A stretch of DNA of 64,000 nucleotides from Malacoraja senta (Eukaryota): positions 12,402,001 to 12,466,000 of the forward strand of contig CM075991.1 in assembly GCA_038087875.1 (NCBI GenBank). Reading direction: 5' to 3'. Each line of letters starts with the position of its first letter. The stretch's first letter is position 1. The notes below the pieces were generated by a model. It had not been told where the DNA came from and searched no databases. It was given only the letters and a program-made list of their open reading frames with translations. This document shows, piece after piece, positions 40,025-53,400 of this stretch. The position numbers and the translations under genes are program-made.

Positions 40025-41559
40025 CGTAGTCGGGATCGAACCTGGGTCTCTGGCGCTGTGAGGCAGCAACTCTACCGCTGCATCACCGTGCCGCCCTGGT
40101 CTGTTGGGAAAGCACAAGATAGAGGGGCTGAAAGGTCCCTTATTCCGATATTCCTCGGGGCAGTGCCGTTCCCATTATTATTGCGATTCCCAACTTGGCC
40201 AGTGTCCAAGCATTAACAAACCCAATGTTACAATCAATGAAGTGCCAGGCAACATTAGCACAGCTGTCAAGTGCAATTAGATGACTTCAGTCCACTTTTT
40301 CTTGTACTTTGTCCATGAAGCCGCATTTTCTGCCTGTTAATGAGGAAATTATCATGTAACTGTAGCATTACTTGGCTTATTCTGCCTTGACAAGATGCTC
40401 TGAGAAGTTACTTAATTGAATAATATTGACCTTGTGATTTAATTGCAGCTTACGATGGCTAAGAACGCTATTTGGAGCTGTAATTGACTGTGTAATTGCT
40501 TCTTTAGATAGACTACACCTGAGTTAATTATTGAAGAGCAACAGCATCCCATATTTTTGTCTGAGTTGGCAGTTTGCAGAAACTCATTGCTCTGCAAGAC
40601 TGTATCTCGATCTTGTTGGTCCATCGCATGGCCCAGCTCAACCAAGGATTTGGGACTTCGACCAGTAGATTGGCTTGGTCAAACGTGATATACAATGGTG
40701 TCACCTATAGTTAGACTCTGTAGTTTAGTTTAGAGATGCAGCATGGAAACTGGCCCTTTGGCCCATCCAGCTTTCTCATCCACTCCCTGCACACTTGGGA
40801 CAATTTACAGATGGACAATTCACCTAATTCACCAATTCTTCCCGGCTGTTATCAGGCAACTGAACCACAACCAGAGAGCAGTCCTGAACTACTATCTACC
40901 TCATTGGAGACCCTTGGACTATCCTTGATCGGACTTTGCTGGCTTTACCTTGCACTAAACGTTATTCCCTTATCATGTATCGATACACTGTAAAATGGCT
41001 CGATTGTAATCATGGATTGTCTTTCCACTGACTGGATAGCACGCAACAAAAGCTTCTCACTGTGACGGTAAACTAAACTGAACTAAACACCTGCCGGCCT
41101 GTGGAAGGGGGCCGGAGCACCCAGAGGAAACCCCCGCGGTCACAAGGAGAACGTGCAAACTCTGCAGAGACAGCATCCAAGATCAAGATTGAACCCGGGT
41201 CTCTGGCGTGGTGAGGCAGCTGATCTACCGCTTGATGAAGATGTCAGTGATTCACGGTCCAATGAGCGACCCATCTGCAGTGCAGTGCTGTTCTGGAGGG
41301 CAGCTCAGTGGAGCAGCGGTAGAGTTGCTGCCTTACAGCACTTGCAGCCGGAGACCAGGGTTCGATCCCGACTACGGGTGCTGCCTGTACGGAGTTTGTA
41401 CGCTCTCCCCGTGACCTGCGTGGGTTTTCTCCGAGACCTTCGGTTACTTCCCACACTCCAAAGACGTGCAGGTATGTAGGATAATTGGCTTGGTATAAGT
41501 GTAAATTGTCCCTAGTGTGTGTAGGATAGTGTTAATGTGCGGGGATCGCTGGTTGTGCG

Positions 41560-42904
41560 GCTATCGACCTGTGGCACTAACGCCTGTGGTGATGAAGTGC
41601 TTTGAGAGGTTGATCATGACGCAGATCAACTCCTACCTCGACAAAAACCTGGACCCACTGCAGTTCGCTTACCGCCACAACAGATCAACGGTGGATGCGA
41701 TCTCGCTGGCCCTCCACTCCGCTCTGGACCACTTGGACAACAAAAACTCATATGTCAGGCTGTTATTCATCGATTACAGCTCGGCATTTAACACAATCAT
41801 CCCCTCCAAGCTGGTTACCAAACTCGCAGAACTGGGTCTCTGCGCATCCCTCTGCAATTGGATCCTCGACTTCCTCATTCACAGACCATAGTCTGTTCGT
41901 ATTGGTGGAAATGTGTCAGACTCGATAACAATTAGCACGGGAGCACCTCAAGGCTGCGTGCTCAGTCCCCTGCTGTACTCACTCTATACTCATGACTGCG
42001 TAGCCGGACATAGTGCGAACTCCATCATCAAGTTCGCTGACGACACCACTGTTGTGGGACATATCACTGATGGGGATGAGTCAGAGTATAGAAGAGAGAT
42101 CGAGCAACTGTCCATATGGTGCCAGCACAACAACCTGGCCCTCAACACCAGCAAAACCAAGGAACTGATTGTGGACTTTGGAAGGAGTAGGATGGGGACC
42201 CACAGTCCCGTTTATATCAACGGGTCGATGGTTGAAAGGGTCAAGAGCTTCAAATTCCTGGGCGTGCACATCTCTGAAGATCTTTCCTGGTCCGAGAACA
42301 CTGATGCCATTATTAAGAAAGCACATCAGCGCCTCTACTTCCTGAGAAGATTACGGAGAATCAGTTTGTCAAGGAGGACTCTCTCTAACTTCTACAGGTG
42401 CACAGTAGAGAGCATGCTGACCGGTTGCATCGTGGCTTGGTTCGGCAACTTGAGTGCCCTGGAGATGAAAAGACTACAAAAAGTAGTAAACACTGCCCAG
42501 TCCATCATCGGCTCTGACCTCCCTTCAATCGAGGGGATCTACCACAGTCGCTGCCTCAAAAAGGCTGGCAGCATCATCAAGGACCCACACCATCCTGGCC
42601 ACACACTCATCTCCCTACTACCTTCAGGTAGAAGGTACAGGAGCCTGAAGACTGCAACGACCAGGTTCAGGAATACCTACTTCCCCACAGCCATCAGGCT
42701 ATTAAACCTGGCTCGGACATAACACTGAACTTTATTAGCCTTTACTGTTATTTGCACTTTATCAGTATATTGACCATTGTGTATATATTTATAGAATGCC
42801 TTGTAGTCAATGCCTACTATGTTCTGTTGTGCTGAAGCAAAGCAAGAATTTCATTGTCCTACCAGGGACACATGACAATAAACTCACTTGACTTGACTTG
42901 ACTT
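41560..42904 (+). mobile_element. Rex1/Babar-type LINE, 5'-truncated, near-intact RT, inserted in an HE1 SINE
   Basis: [51 protein letters not shown]; one in-frame TAG (41889-41891); AATAAA+(CTTGA)n tail. Confidence 0.92.
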
Positions 42905-43449
42905 AGCACGGACCAGGTGGGCCGAAGGGCCAGTTTCCGCGCTGTATCTCTAAACCTAAAACTAAAATGAAAAGCTTAGGTGTGTTGGTGCTAAGTGTTT
43001 ATAGAGCAGGCACCAACGCTGTGGTCAGTGGCAGAGGGCTGGTACCAAGCAGTCTTTGTTCAGTATCCCTGCTCCTGCACCAGTACCTCTCAATGGATGG
43101 GTGCAGTTTACGAGAGAGGGAGAGAGAGAGAGAGGGAGAGGTTGCCTTGCAATAATCCTTCACCCTGAGATACATCGCAAGTTGCTTCACCAGAAAACCA
43201 TTCGCTGGAACCTTGAGTCGGGACCTGTTACCTGATTTCCTCATCTCCAATGTCCTCTCGTTTCCCCAGGCCAGGCTTTAGCAGAGGGTCAAGAGGCCAC
43301 ATTTAGAGTAACTTGTATCGGACGTTGTTGAGGCCACGCGCTCTGTTCTGGTCACCCTGCTATAGAAAAGATGTTAGACACAAAATGCTGGAGTAACTTA
43401 GCAGGACAGGCAGCATCTCTGGAAAGAAGGAATGGGTGACGTTTCAAAT

Positions 43450-43860
43450 CAATAGACAATAGACAATAGGTGCAGGAGTAGGCCATTCGGCCCTTCGAGC
43501 CAGCACCGCCATTCAATGTGATCATGGCTGATCATCCCCAATCAGTACCCCGTTCCTGCCTTCTCCCCATATCCCCTGACTCTGCTATCTTTAAGAGCCC
43601 TATCTAGCTCTCTCTTGAAAGCATCCAGAGAACATGCCGCCACCGCCCTCTGAGGCAGAGAATTCCACAGACTCACCACTCTCTGTGAGAAAAAGTGTTT
43701 CCTCGTCTCCGTTCTAAATGGCTTACTCCTTATTCATAAACTGTGGCCCCTGGTTCTGGACTCCCCCAACATCGGGAATATGTTTCCTGCCTCTAGCGTG
43801 TCCAAGCCCTTAACAATCTTATATGTTTCAATGAGATCTCCTCTCATCCTTCTAAACTCC
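43450..43860 (-). mobile_element. CR1/HER1 LINE 3' fragment inside a Penelope terminal repeat
   Basis: Reverse complement of the 8110-8510 sequence; PLE sequence resumes at about 43874. Confidence 0.88.
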
Positions 43861-46366
43861 GAGAACTCTAAAAGTCGAGACCCTTCTTCAGACTGAGAGT
43901 CAGGGGGGAGGGAGACATGGAGATATGGAAGGGTAAGGTGTGGAAACGACAGATCAAAGCAGACAATGCTAAGGAAATGTAGAATGTTTCGTTGTTAGCT
44001 GAGAGGTTGTCGCTGGAAAAGGGGCCGAGAAGATTGACGAGGATATTGCCAGGACTTCAGGATCTGTCTATCTGCAGAACAAAGTGCTGGAGGAACTCAG
44101 CGGGTCAGGCAGCATCTGTGGAGGCGATAGATACAGGACGATTCGGGTCCGCACCCTTCTTCAGTCTGAGCAAGAGTCGCAACCCAAAAAGTAGACTGTG
44201 CAATGCTTGCGTATTTGGTCATCAAGGTTATCGCTTAAAAGAGTGGACGGTGGCAGCTAATTTTATCATCGGGATTAGTGCGTAGAATTAATGGCTCCTT
44301 TATCTTCCCTTACGAGGTCAGGTCAATAAACTCGTTCCTGCGCTCGTGTCGGGTCAGCAGAATATTTCTCAAGGCTTGATGGAGATTGGCACATCTTTAG
44401 ACTTTAGAGATACAGCGCAGAGATGGACCATTCAGCCCGCTGGGTCCGCGCCGACCGGCCATCACCCCTATACTAGTTTAGACTAGAGATACAGCGGGGA
44501 GACAGGCGCCCCTTCGGCCCACCGAGTCCACACCGACCGGCAACACTAACACTACCCTACACATATTAGGGACAATTTACACTTATACCAAGCCAATTAA
44601 CCTACAAACCTGTACGTCTTTGGAGTGTGGGAGGAAACCGGAGCACCCGGAGAAAACCCACGCAGTCACGGGGAGAGAACGTACACAAACTGCGTAGTCG
44701 GGATCGAACCCAGGTCTCTGGCGCTGTGAGGCAGTAACTCTACCGCTGCGCCACCGTTCCGCCCACAAAGTGTGGTTGTACGGAGCAAGATTGTAGTTGA
44801 GGCAAGTACAATTACAACATTTGGACAGGTACGTCAACAGGAAAAGTTTCCAGCGATTTTGGCCAAACTGGGACAAATGGATTCCCATATTCAGGGTAAA
44901 AGACTCTGTGCATCTAACCTACCTATTATGATGTTATACACATCTATACAATCACCCCTTAGCCTCCTGCGCTCCAAGGAATTAAAATCCTAGCCTGTCC
45001 ATCCTCTCTCCGTAGCTCAGACCCTCAAGTCCTGGTTTCATTCACTCTTGGGCATGTTGGAGGCCACCCCAGTCCTGACCATTGCCTCTGTGATACGGTT
45101 GGCACAGCAGGCATGAGTTCCCTGGTGCCAGTGTGGGCAGGGGCACTCACAGTCCTGGCATTAGCTCTTGGGTTTTCCGTGGCACCGTCGAAGATGACTG
45201 AGGGTGAATTAACTGGTGGGATTTGACCGCACCCAGCGGTGGCAGCTCGGAGAAGGTTGGCACCAGCCCATCCCATCTGATGATGGTCCACTTAACCTGC
45301 CGACGTAAAACACACACCTCCAGATTCACGGACAGTTTCTTCCCAAAGGTAGACACAAAATGCTGGAGTAACTCAGCGGGACAGGCAGCATCTCTGGAGA
45401 GAAGGAATGGGTGACGTTTCAGGTCAAGACCCTTCTTCAGTTTCTTCTCAGCTGTTATCAGGCAACTGAATCGCCTCATCAACTAGAGTGCGGTCCTGAC
45501 CTATTTATCTCTTTGGAGACCTTAGAACGGCCTTTAATCAGTCTTCAATATTACATTACACTAAATGTTCTATCTTTTATCCTTTATCTGTGTACTGTGG
45601 GCAGATTAATTGTATTGTCTTTTCTTTGTGTGGGCAGGAGCTGCAGATGCTGGTTTAAACCGAAGATAGACACAAAATGCTGGAGTAACTCAGCGGGTCA
45701 GGCAGCATCTGTGGAGAGAAGGAATGGGTGACGTTTCGGGTCGAGACCCTTTTCTTTTACTGGATGGCACAAACATCTTGATCAGTACGGGTGTCAGGGG
45801 TTACGGGGTGAAGGCAGGAGAATGGGGCTAGGAGGGAGAGATAGAGCAATAGACAATAGACAATAGGTGCAGGAGTAGGCCATTTGCCCCTTCGAGCCAG
45901 CACCGCCATTCAATGTGATCATGGCTGATCATCCCCAATCAGTACCCCGTTCCTGCCTTCTCCCCATATCCCCCGACTCCGCTATTTGATGATTTAATGG
46001 CGGAGTAGACTTGATGGGCCGAATGGCCTAGGTCTGCTCCTATCACTTATGATCTTATGAGAAACAAAAGCTTTTCACTCCATCTTGGGACCCTAATATA
46101 CTTACACACTCGTGACAATAATGAACTACTCAAACTAAACCAGAGATGAAACTGAACTAAGTCACTAGAACACTACGATAGTGAGACTAAGGTGAGCATA
46201 TTTATTAATGAAGAATCAACCACAGGGCGATAGATAGATCACTAATAGACCAGATGACCAGAGCTGGTCGATTATTTGGCCGTGTGTAACACGATAAGGC
46301 TGGAACAATAGATTCTGTACTCTGGTATTTCTCTTGTTTTCACTTTGCACTATGTGTTGTGTATGA

Positions 46367-46913
46367 TTCACCTATCCACGTTCCCCACAGATGCTGCCTG
46401 ACCCGCTGAGTTACTCCAGCACTCTGTGAAACGTCACCTATCCATGTTCTCCACAGATGCTGCCTGACCCGCTGAGTTACTCCAGCACTCTGTGAAACGT
46501 CACCTATCCATGTTCTCCACAGATGCTGCCTGACCCGCTGAGTTACTCCAGCGTTATTCTGTGAAACGTCACCTATCCATGTTCCGGCAGCATCTATGGA
46601 GCGAAGGAAATAGGCAACGTTTCGGCCCGAAACCCTTCCGGGTTTCGGCCCGAAACGTTGCCTATTTCCTTCTGGGTTTCGGCCCGAAACGTTGCCTATT
46701 TCCTTCAGGGTTTCGGCCCGAAAGGTTGCCCATTTCCTTCGCTCCACAGATGCTGCCTGACCCGCTGAGTTACTCCAGCACTCTGTGTGAAACGTCACCT
46801 ATCCATGTTCTCCACAGATGCTGCCTGACCCGCTGAGTTACTCCAGCACTCTGTGTGAAACGTCACCTATCCATGTTCTCCACAGATGCTGCCTGACCCG
46901 CTGAGTTACTCCA
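46367..46913 (+). mobile_element. Composite 66-bp array/fold-back core element, copy 2
   Basis: Same junctions as 23559-24168, with one extra internal core unit. Confidence 0.8.
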
Positions 46914-47654
46914 TTCTTCCAATCGAGTCTACTCTACCATGCATCATGGCTGATCTATTTTCCCCTCTCAATCCCATTCTCCTGCCTACTCCCCAGGAGG
47001 ATGGGGATCTTATAGAGGTGTATAAAATCAAGAGAGGAATAGATCGGGTAGATACACAGAGTCTCTTGCCCAGAGTAGGGACATAGGTTCAAGGTGAAGG
47101 GGTAAAGATTTAATAGGAATCTGAGGGGTAACATTTTCACACAGAGGGCGGTGGGTGTATGGAACAAGCTGCCAGAGGAGGTAGTTGAGGCTGGGACTAT
47201 CCCAACGTTTAAGAAACAGTTAGACGGGTACATGGATAGGACAGGTTTGGAGGGATATGGACCAAGCGCAGGCAGGTGGGACTAGTGTAGATGGGACATT
47301 GTTGGCCGGTGTGGGCGAGTTGGGCTGAGGGGCCTGTTCCACTCTGTATCACTCTATGACTCTTTAAATTCATAAGGGATAGGAGCAGAATTCGGCCATT
47401 CGGCCCATCGTGTCTATGCCGTTATTGAATCATGTCTGATCTATCTCTCCCTCCTGAGCTGCAGTCTGACTCATCACCTCGCTCTGCTTCCTCCAGCTGC
47501 TCAGGTTACTCCTGGTGATATTTTTATCCCAGCTTGCTCGACCACACTGATGTGACGGTGAGGTATTGATTGGTGGCCTGGTAAACACCACGCACTCCAC
47601 TGGAGCTGCCTGCCGGGCTCTCCGCTACAGGAGAGTGGGACGGGACGGACACTT

Positions 47655-48138
47655 GGGCAGCATGGCAGGTGAGGGCAGCAGGACAGGTGAGGGCAGCAGG
47701 GCAGGTGAGGGCAGCAGGGCAGGTGAGGGCAGCAGGGCAGGTGAGGGCAGCAGGGCAGGTAAGAGAAGCAGGGCAGGTGAGGGCAGCAGGGCAGGTGAGG
47801 GCAGCAGGGCAGGTGATGGCAGGTGAGGGCAGCATGACAGGTGAGGGAAGGTCAGGGCAGCATGACAGGTGAGGGCCGCAGGGCAGGTGAGGGCAGCAGG
47901 ACAGGTGAGGGCAGCAGGACAGGTGAGGGCAGCAGGACAGGTGAGGGCAGCAGGACAGGTGAGGGCCACAGGGCAGGTGAGGTCAGGTGAGGACAGCAGG
48001 CAAGGTGAGGGCAGGTGAGAGCAGCAGGACAGGTGAGGGCAGGAGGACAGGTGAGGGCCACAGGGCAGGTGAGGTCAGGTGAGGGCAGCAGGAAAGGTGA
48101 GGGCAGCAGGACAGGTGAGGGCCGCAGGACAGGTGAGT
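47655..48138. repeat. 18-bp GC-rich minisatellite (GCAGGTGAGGGCAGCAGG)n
   Basis: About 25 degenerate units; yields the CPAALT/RAAGQV ORFs. Confidence 0.93.
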
Positions 48139-48919
48139 GCAGGGTCAAACACACCACGAACTGCAGGCGCTGCAACCTTGACCAAAACACAAACTGCTGG
48201 AGGAACTCAGCGGGTCAGGCAGCATCTGTGGAGGGAAGTGGACAGGTGATGCATTGTGACCATTCTTCAGACTGATGAAGAAGGGTCCCAAAGGCAGATG
48301 GGTCCCCTGATGAGGACTGGAGAAAGGGGGGTCTGGGGGAGGGTGTAGAGAAAGCTGGCTAAGAGAGCTGGAGTAACTCAGCGGGTGAGGCAGCATCGCT
48401 GTCAGAGACACTGCCTCACCTGCTGAGTTACTCCAGCATTTTGTATCCACCTTGGATTTAACCAGCATCTGCAGTTCTTTCTTGTGCAGGGTATGTTTGC
48501 AGTTCCCATCATGGCCACTGGAGGTCTCTGGTCTGCTTTACAATCCACCCAGAGCTCATCATTCTTCATGGTGGGGACACTTTGAGTAGATTTTACAGGG
48601 GGGGGGGGGGGGGGCAATTAACCTTCAAACCCGCACGTCTTTGGGATGTGGGAGGAAACCGGAGCACCCGGAGAAAACCCCGCACGTCACAGGGAGAACA
48701 TGCAAACTCCACACAGACAGCACCCATGGTCAGGATCGAACTTGGGTCTCTGGGGATGTACTAAGGCCATAAGGTCACAAGGTATAGGAGTAGAATTAAG
48801 CCAGTCGGCCCATCAAGTCTGCTCTGCCATTCGATCACAGCTGATCTATCTCTCCCTCCTAACCCCATTCTCCTGCCTTCTCCCCGTAACCCCCGACACC
48901 CGTACTGATCAAGAATCTA

Positions 48920-49192
48920 TCATATTCCGCTTGGGCAGTCTACATCCTGGTGGCCTGAACATTGAATTCTCCCAATTCTGCTAGCCCTGGCTGTCCCCTC
49001 CCCTTCATCAGCCCTCTGGCTGTCTCCTCCCCTCCCCCAGCCCTCGGGCTCCTCCTCCGCCTTTTCCTTTTTTCCTTTCTTCTCCCCACCCCCTATCAGT
49101 CTGAAGAAGGGTTTCGGCCCGAAACGTTACCTATTTCCTTCGCTCCATAGATGCTGCTGCACCCGCTGAGTTTCTCCAGCATTTTTGTGTAC
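48920..49192 (+). mobile_element. Penelope-like element 3' end, second subfamily
   Basis: IIFRLGSLHPGGLNIEFSQFC*; CTGAAGAAGGGTTTCGGCCCGAAACGTT at 49101-49128. Confidence 0.8.
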
Positions 49193-49407
49193 CAAGAATC
49201 TATCTATCTCTGCCTTATAAATATCCACAGCCTTCTGTGGCAATGCATCCCACAGATTCACCACCCTCTGACTAAAGAAATTCCTCCTCATCTCCTTTCT
49301 TTAAAGAACGTCCTTTAATTCTGAGGCTGTGAGGCAGCAGCTCTACCCGCTGCGCTGCCCGCTGTTAAATCACCAAACCCTCGCTTCTCACCCTCTCCGG
49401 CCCCTCT

Positions 49408-49421
49408 GTCGCCATGGCAAC
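49408..49421. promoter_or_regulatory. RFX X-box motif GTCGCCATGGCAAC
   Basis: 13/14 match to the palindrome GTTGCCATGGCAAC, in non-repeat CpG-containing DNA. Confidence 0.55.
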
Positions 49422-49569
49422 ATGCACGCTCCGTAGGTGAGTGTTGCCCTTTTACCTGCAAACTCAAAGCATAACATGAAAGTTGTTGTGGAAATAAACA
49501 GTGCCCTGTTTAGTCGGGCATGTTTACTAAACAGCTGGAGTCTGAGCATCACGCACAAGCTCGCACAAA

Positions 49570-50065
49570 CATAGAAACATAGACAGTAGGTGCAGGAGGA
49601 GGCCATTCGGCCCTTCGAGCCTGCCCCACCATGGCTGATCGTCCCCAATCAATTACCCGTGCCTGCCTTCTCCCCATATCCCTCGATTCCACTAGCCCCT
49701 AGAGCTCTATCTAACTCTCTCTTAAATTCATCCAGTAACTTGGCCTCCACTGCCCTCTGTGGCAGAGAATTCCACAAATTCACAACTCTCTGGGTGAAAA
49801 AGGTTTTTCTCATCTCAGTTTTAAATGGCCTCCCCCTTAATCTTAGACTGTGTCCCCTGGTTCTGGACTCGCCCATCATTGGGAACATTTTTCCTGCATC
49901 TAGCTTGTCCAGTCCTTTTATAATTGTATACGTTTCTATAAGATATCCTCTCATCCTTCTAAATTCCAGTGAATACAAGCCCAGTCTTTCCAGTCTTTCC
50001 TCATATGACAGTCCCGCCATCCCGGGGATTAACCTCGTGAACCTACGCTGCACTGCCTCAATAGC
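49570..50065 (-). mobile_element. CR1/HER1 LINE 3' fragment
   Basis: ORF 49649-50098 AIEAVQRRFTRLIPG...LWNSLPQ. Confidence 0.92.
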
Positions 50066-50119
50066 AAACACACGCGCCGACTTAATGACCCAACTCATTA
50101 GACAATGGTGAACAACACT

Positions 50120-50452
50120 GGATCATCAAGGGCCACAGCCACCCAGCACCCAGACTGTACTCCTTGTTCCCGTCAGGCAGACGATACAGGAGCATGGCTG
50201 CACGTACCACCAGACTTAAGGACAGTTTTTACCATCAGGCCATCAGGCTTCTGAACTCATAAAGACATTTCACATCATATATGTTGATAATTTTATTTAT
50301 TATTGTCTTTTTACCTTACCAATGTCATTTTAATTCTATTTTACCCTTGTTATATTATTGCTGAGGTGACCCGTTGTCTAGTCAAACACATTTCATTGTA
50401 CCGCTGACCCTGTGTTAACCCACATATGACAAATAAAACGGAATTCAATTAA
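50120..50452 (+). mobile_element. Rex1/Babar-type 3' fragment
   Basis: IIKGHSHP...PSGRRYRS...RLKDSFY..AIRLLNS*, resembling the 42570-42720 end; AATAAA tail. Confidence 0.7.
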
Positions 50453-53400
50453 AACTTCTCAACCCCAATAACCTACAAAGTGACACAATCCTCCTCCGTT
50501 AACATTCCAACCCCTCCACCCACCTTCATCTGTCCTCCCTTCTGCCTAATGATCACTAAAGCTTGGTGTCGGACAGCACAGAGAGGGGCCCTTCGGCCCA
50601 CTACATCCATGCTGACCCTTGAGTCACGCTGACCAAGATGGTTTCATCCCCTCAGGCACCTTGGGATAAAGAACCCCATTAAAAGACGCTATGTAAATAT
50701 AACAATGTTTCTGTAGGTGGCACAGCGCCAGAGACCCTGGTTCGATCCCGACTACAGGTGCTGTCTGTATGGAGTTTGTACGTTCTCCCCGTGACCGCGT
50801 GGGTTGTCTCCGGGTGCTCCGGTTTCCTCCCGCACTCCCGAGACGTGCAGGTTTGTGGGTTAGTTGGCTTCGGTTAAAAAAAAAAAGTACATTGCCCCTA
50901 GTGTGTGTGTAGGATGGTGTTAGTGTGCTGTATCTCCAAACTAAACTAAACTAGTCGGCCCATTGAGACTCGGTGGTGGAGGATGTGTACGATTCCTCGC
51001 GTTACACAGAGACACACACACACGTTCCTCACTGAATAATATTCCCTGGTTTCCATCCAAGGATGCGGGACTACAGCCGGAAGTATGGATCGGAGAAGCT
51101 GGAATTACCCTCCTGAGAGCCGCAGGTTTAAAAACTGCGTAGTTTTATGAGAATAACAGAGAAGGTTTGGAGTGTTTGAAGGATCAGTTTTATTGTGGGT
51201 TGTTGAGTCAGTGATGACAGAGGAGAGAAACCAAAAGGAAAGCTGACAGACCTACCCCTGGAACATGCCTGGATTTCACTGCCCTCGTGGTGACAACATC
51301 TGGACACGTACTGGACATAGACAGGAAGGAACTGCAGATGCTGGTTTAAACCAAAGATAGACACAAAATGCTGGAGTAACTCAGCGGGACAGGCGGCATC
51401 TCTGGAGAGAAGGAATGGGTGACGTTTCGGATCAGGCTGAAGAAGGGTCTCGACCCGAAACGTCACCCATTCCTTCTCTCCAGAGATGCTGCCTGTCCCG
51501 CTGAGTTACTCCAGCATTTTGTGTCCATTATGGACGGGAAGGATTTGGAGGATAAAACAGGTAACTGCAGATGCTCGAATCCTGAGCAAAACACAAAGTA
51601 CTGGAGTACTTCAGTTTAGTTTATTGTCACGTGTATCGAGGTACAGTGACAAGCTTTTGTTGCGTGCTAACCAGTCAGCGGAAAGACAATACATGATTAC
51701 AATCGAGCCATTCACAGTGTACAGATACATGATAAGGGAATAACGTTTAGAGCAAGGTAAAGCCAGCAAAGTCCAATCAAGGATAGTCCAAGGGTCACCA
51801 AAGAGGCCCTTTTCAGCACTGCTGTCTGGATAGCACGCAACAAAAAGCTTTTCAATGTGCCTCGGTACACGTGGCAATATCAACTAAACTGTATATAGGC
51901 AGGCTCGAAGGGCCGAATGGCCCACTCCTGCACCTATTGTCTATTGTCTATTGTCTAAACTGATGCTGTGGTTTTAGATGGCAAGGAATAAGGAAATTCT
52001 CCATGAACACTGACATGGAACAGTCCAGTACAGGAACAGGCCCTTCGGCCCACAATGTCCGTGCTGTACATGATGCCAAGTTAAACTAATCTCCTCTGCC
52101 ACACCCCTCCATTCCCTGCACATCCTGTTGCCTATCTAAAAGCTTTCTTTACACATCCCCAATCCTGGACGTTCCACTCGTCACTTTAACTTCATGTTGC
52201 GTTTATATCTCATTGTGTTTTATGGTTGTAGGACCAACGTCCCTGCTGGGATAAATAAAGTTCTCTCGTATTGGATCGGATCACTATTCTTTTAGATTTA
52301 GTTTAGTTCATTGAGAGATACAGCGTGGAAACAGACCCTCTGGCCCAACGAGCCCACCCCGACCAATGATCACCCGTTCAGTCTGAAGAAGGGTCTTGAC
52401 CCGGAAACGTCACCCATTCCTTCGCTCCACAGATGCTGCCTCACCCGCTGAGTTTCTCCAGCATTTTTATCTACACCCGTTTACACTAGTTGAGTTTAGA
52501 GATACAGCGTGGAAACTCTTCCCAAAAATCGTTTTGAATCATCTCTAATTACCTTAAAGAGGTTTTAAATTCCCAGCATTGTCAAGATAGATACAAGATA
52601 CAAGATATATTTATTTGTCACGTGTGCCGGTTGGCACAGTGAAATGTGTGATCACCATACAGCCATACAATAAAAATAAACATCACCACACAAGACAGAG
52701 TTGAACATAAAACACACAGCAGAATCAAAGTTTCCCACTGTGGGGGAAGGCACCAAAGTCAGTCATCTTCCTCTAATGTTCCCCAATGTTCCCCCGTGGT
52801 CGGGGCCTCCCCAAGCCCTCCGCAGTCGCCGCTACGGTTGGCCCGATGTTCAGGCCCGCTCGCCAGGGTGATATAAATCCGACGTCGGGGCTGGGGGACC
52901 TCAGCGGCCTGGACATCAGAGTCGGCCCCCTCCTACCGGAGTCCGCGGCTCCCAAAGTCCGCAGGCCGCGCCGGGCGGAGATTCAACACTGGCGGCCCTC
53001 GGTAGAGGGCCCCAGGACTCCGCCATGTTGCTCAGCACCGGCCCGCGTTGGAAGCTCTCCCAAACCGCAGCTCCACGATGTTGGAGCAGCGGCCCCAACG
53101 TTCTGGAGCTCCAAAACGGCGATCCAGGTCGGCATCGCCCGCTCCGCGGTGAATTCAGCTCTGACCCCGGCAGGAAAGGCCGCGCCAATCCAGGTGGTAG
53201 GCCGCGAGGAGGGGGGGCGAGGAAGCGACTTGGAGAAATAGTCACGTCCCCGCCAGGAAGCGACTGGGAAACAGTTTCCCCCCTTACCCTACCCCCCTTA
53301 CCCTACCCCCCTCCCCCACATAGAAAAGTGAAAGTTTCCCCATTGTCTCACATCGAGTTGTTTGGACGGTGGAATGCGTCTAATACTTCTGCAACTTTCA

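Noticed and set aside
48490..48570. + strand exon-like segment GMFAVPIMATGG...
   Set aside because: Acceptor comes from a Penelope tail; no recognisable homology.
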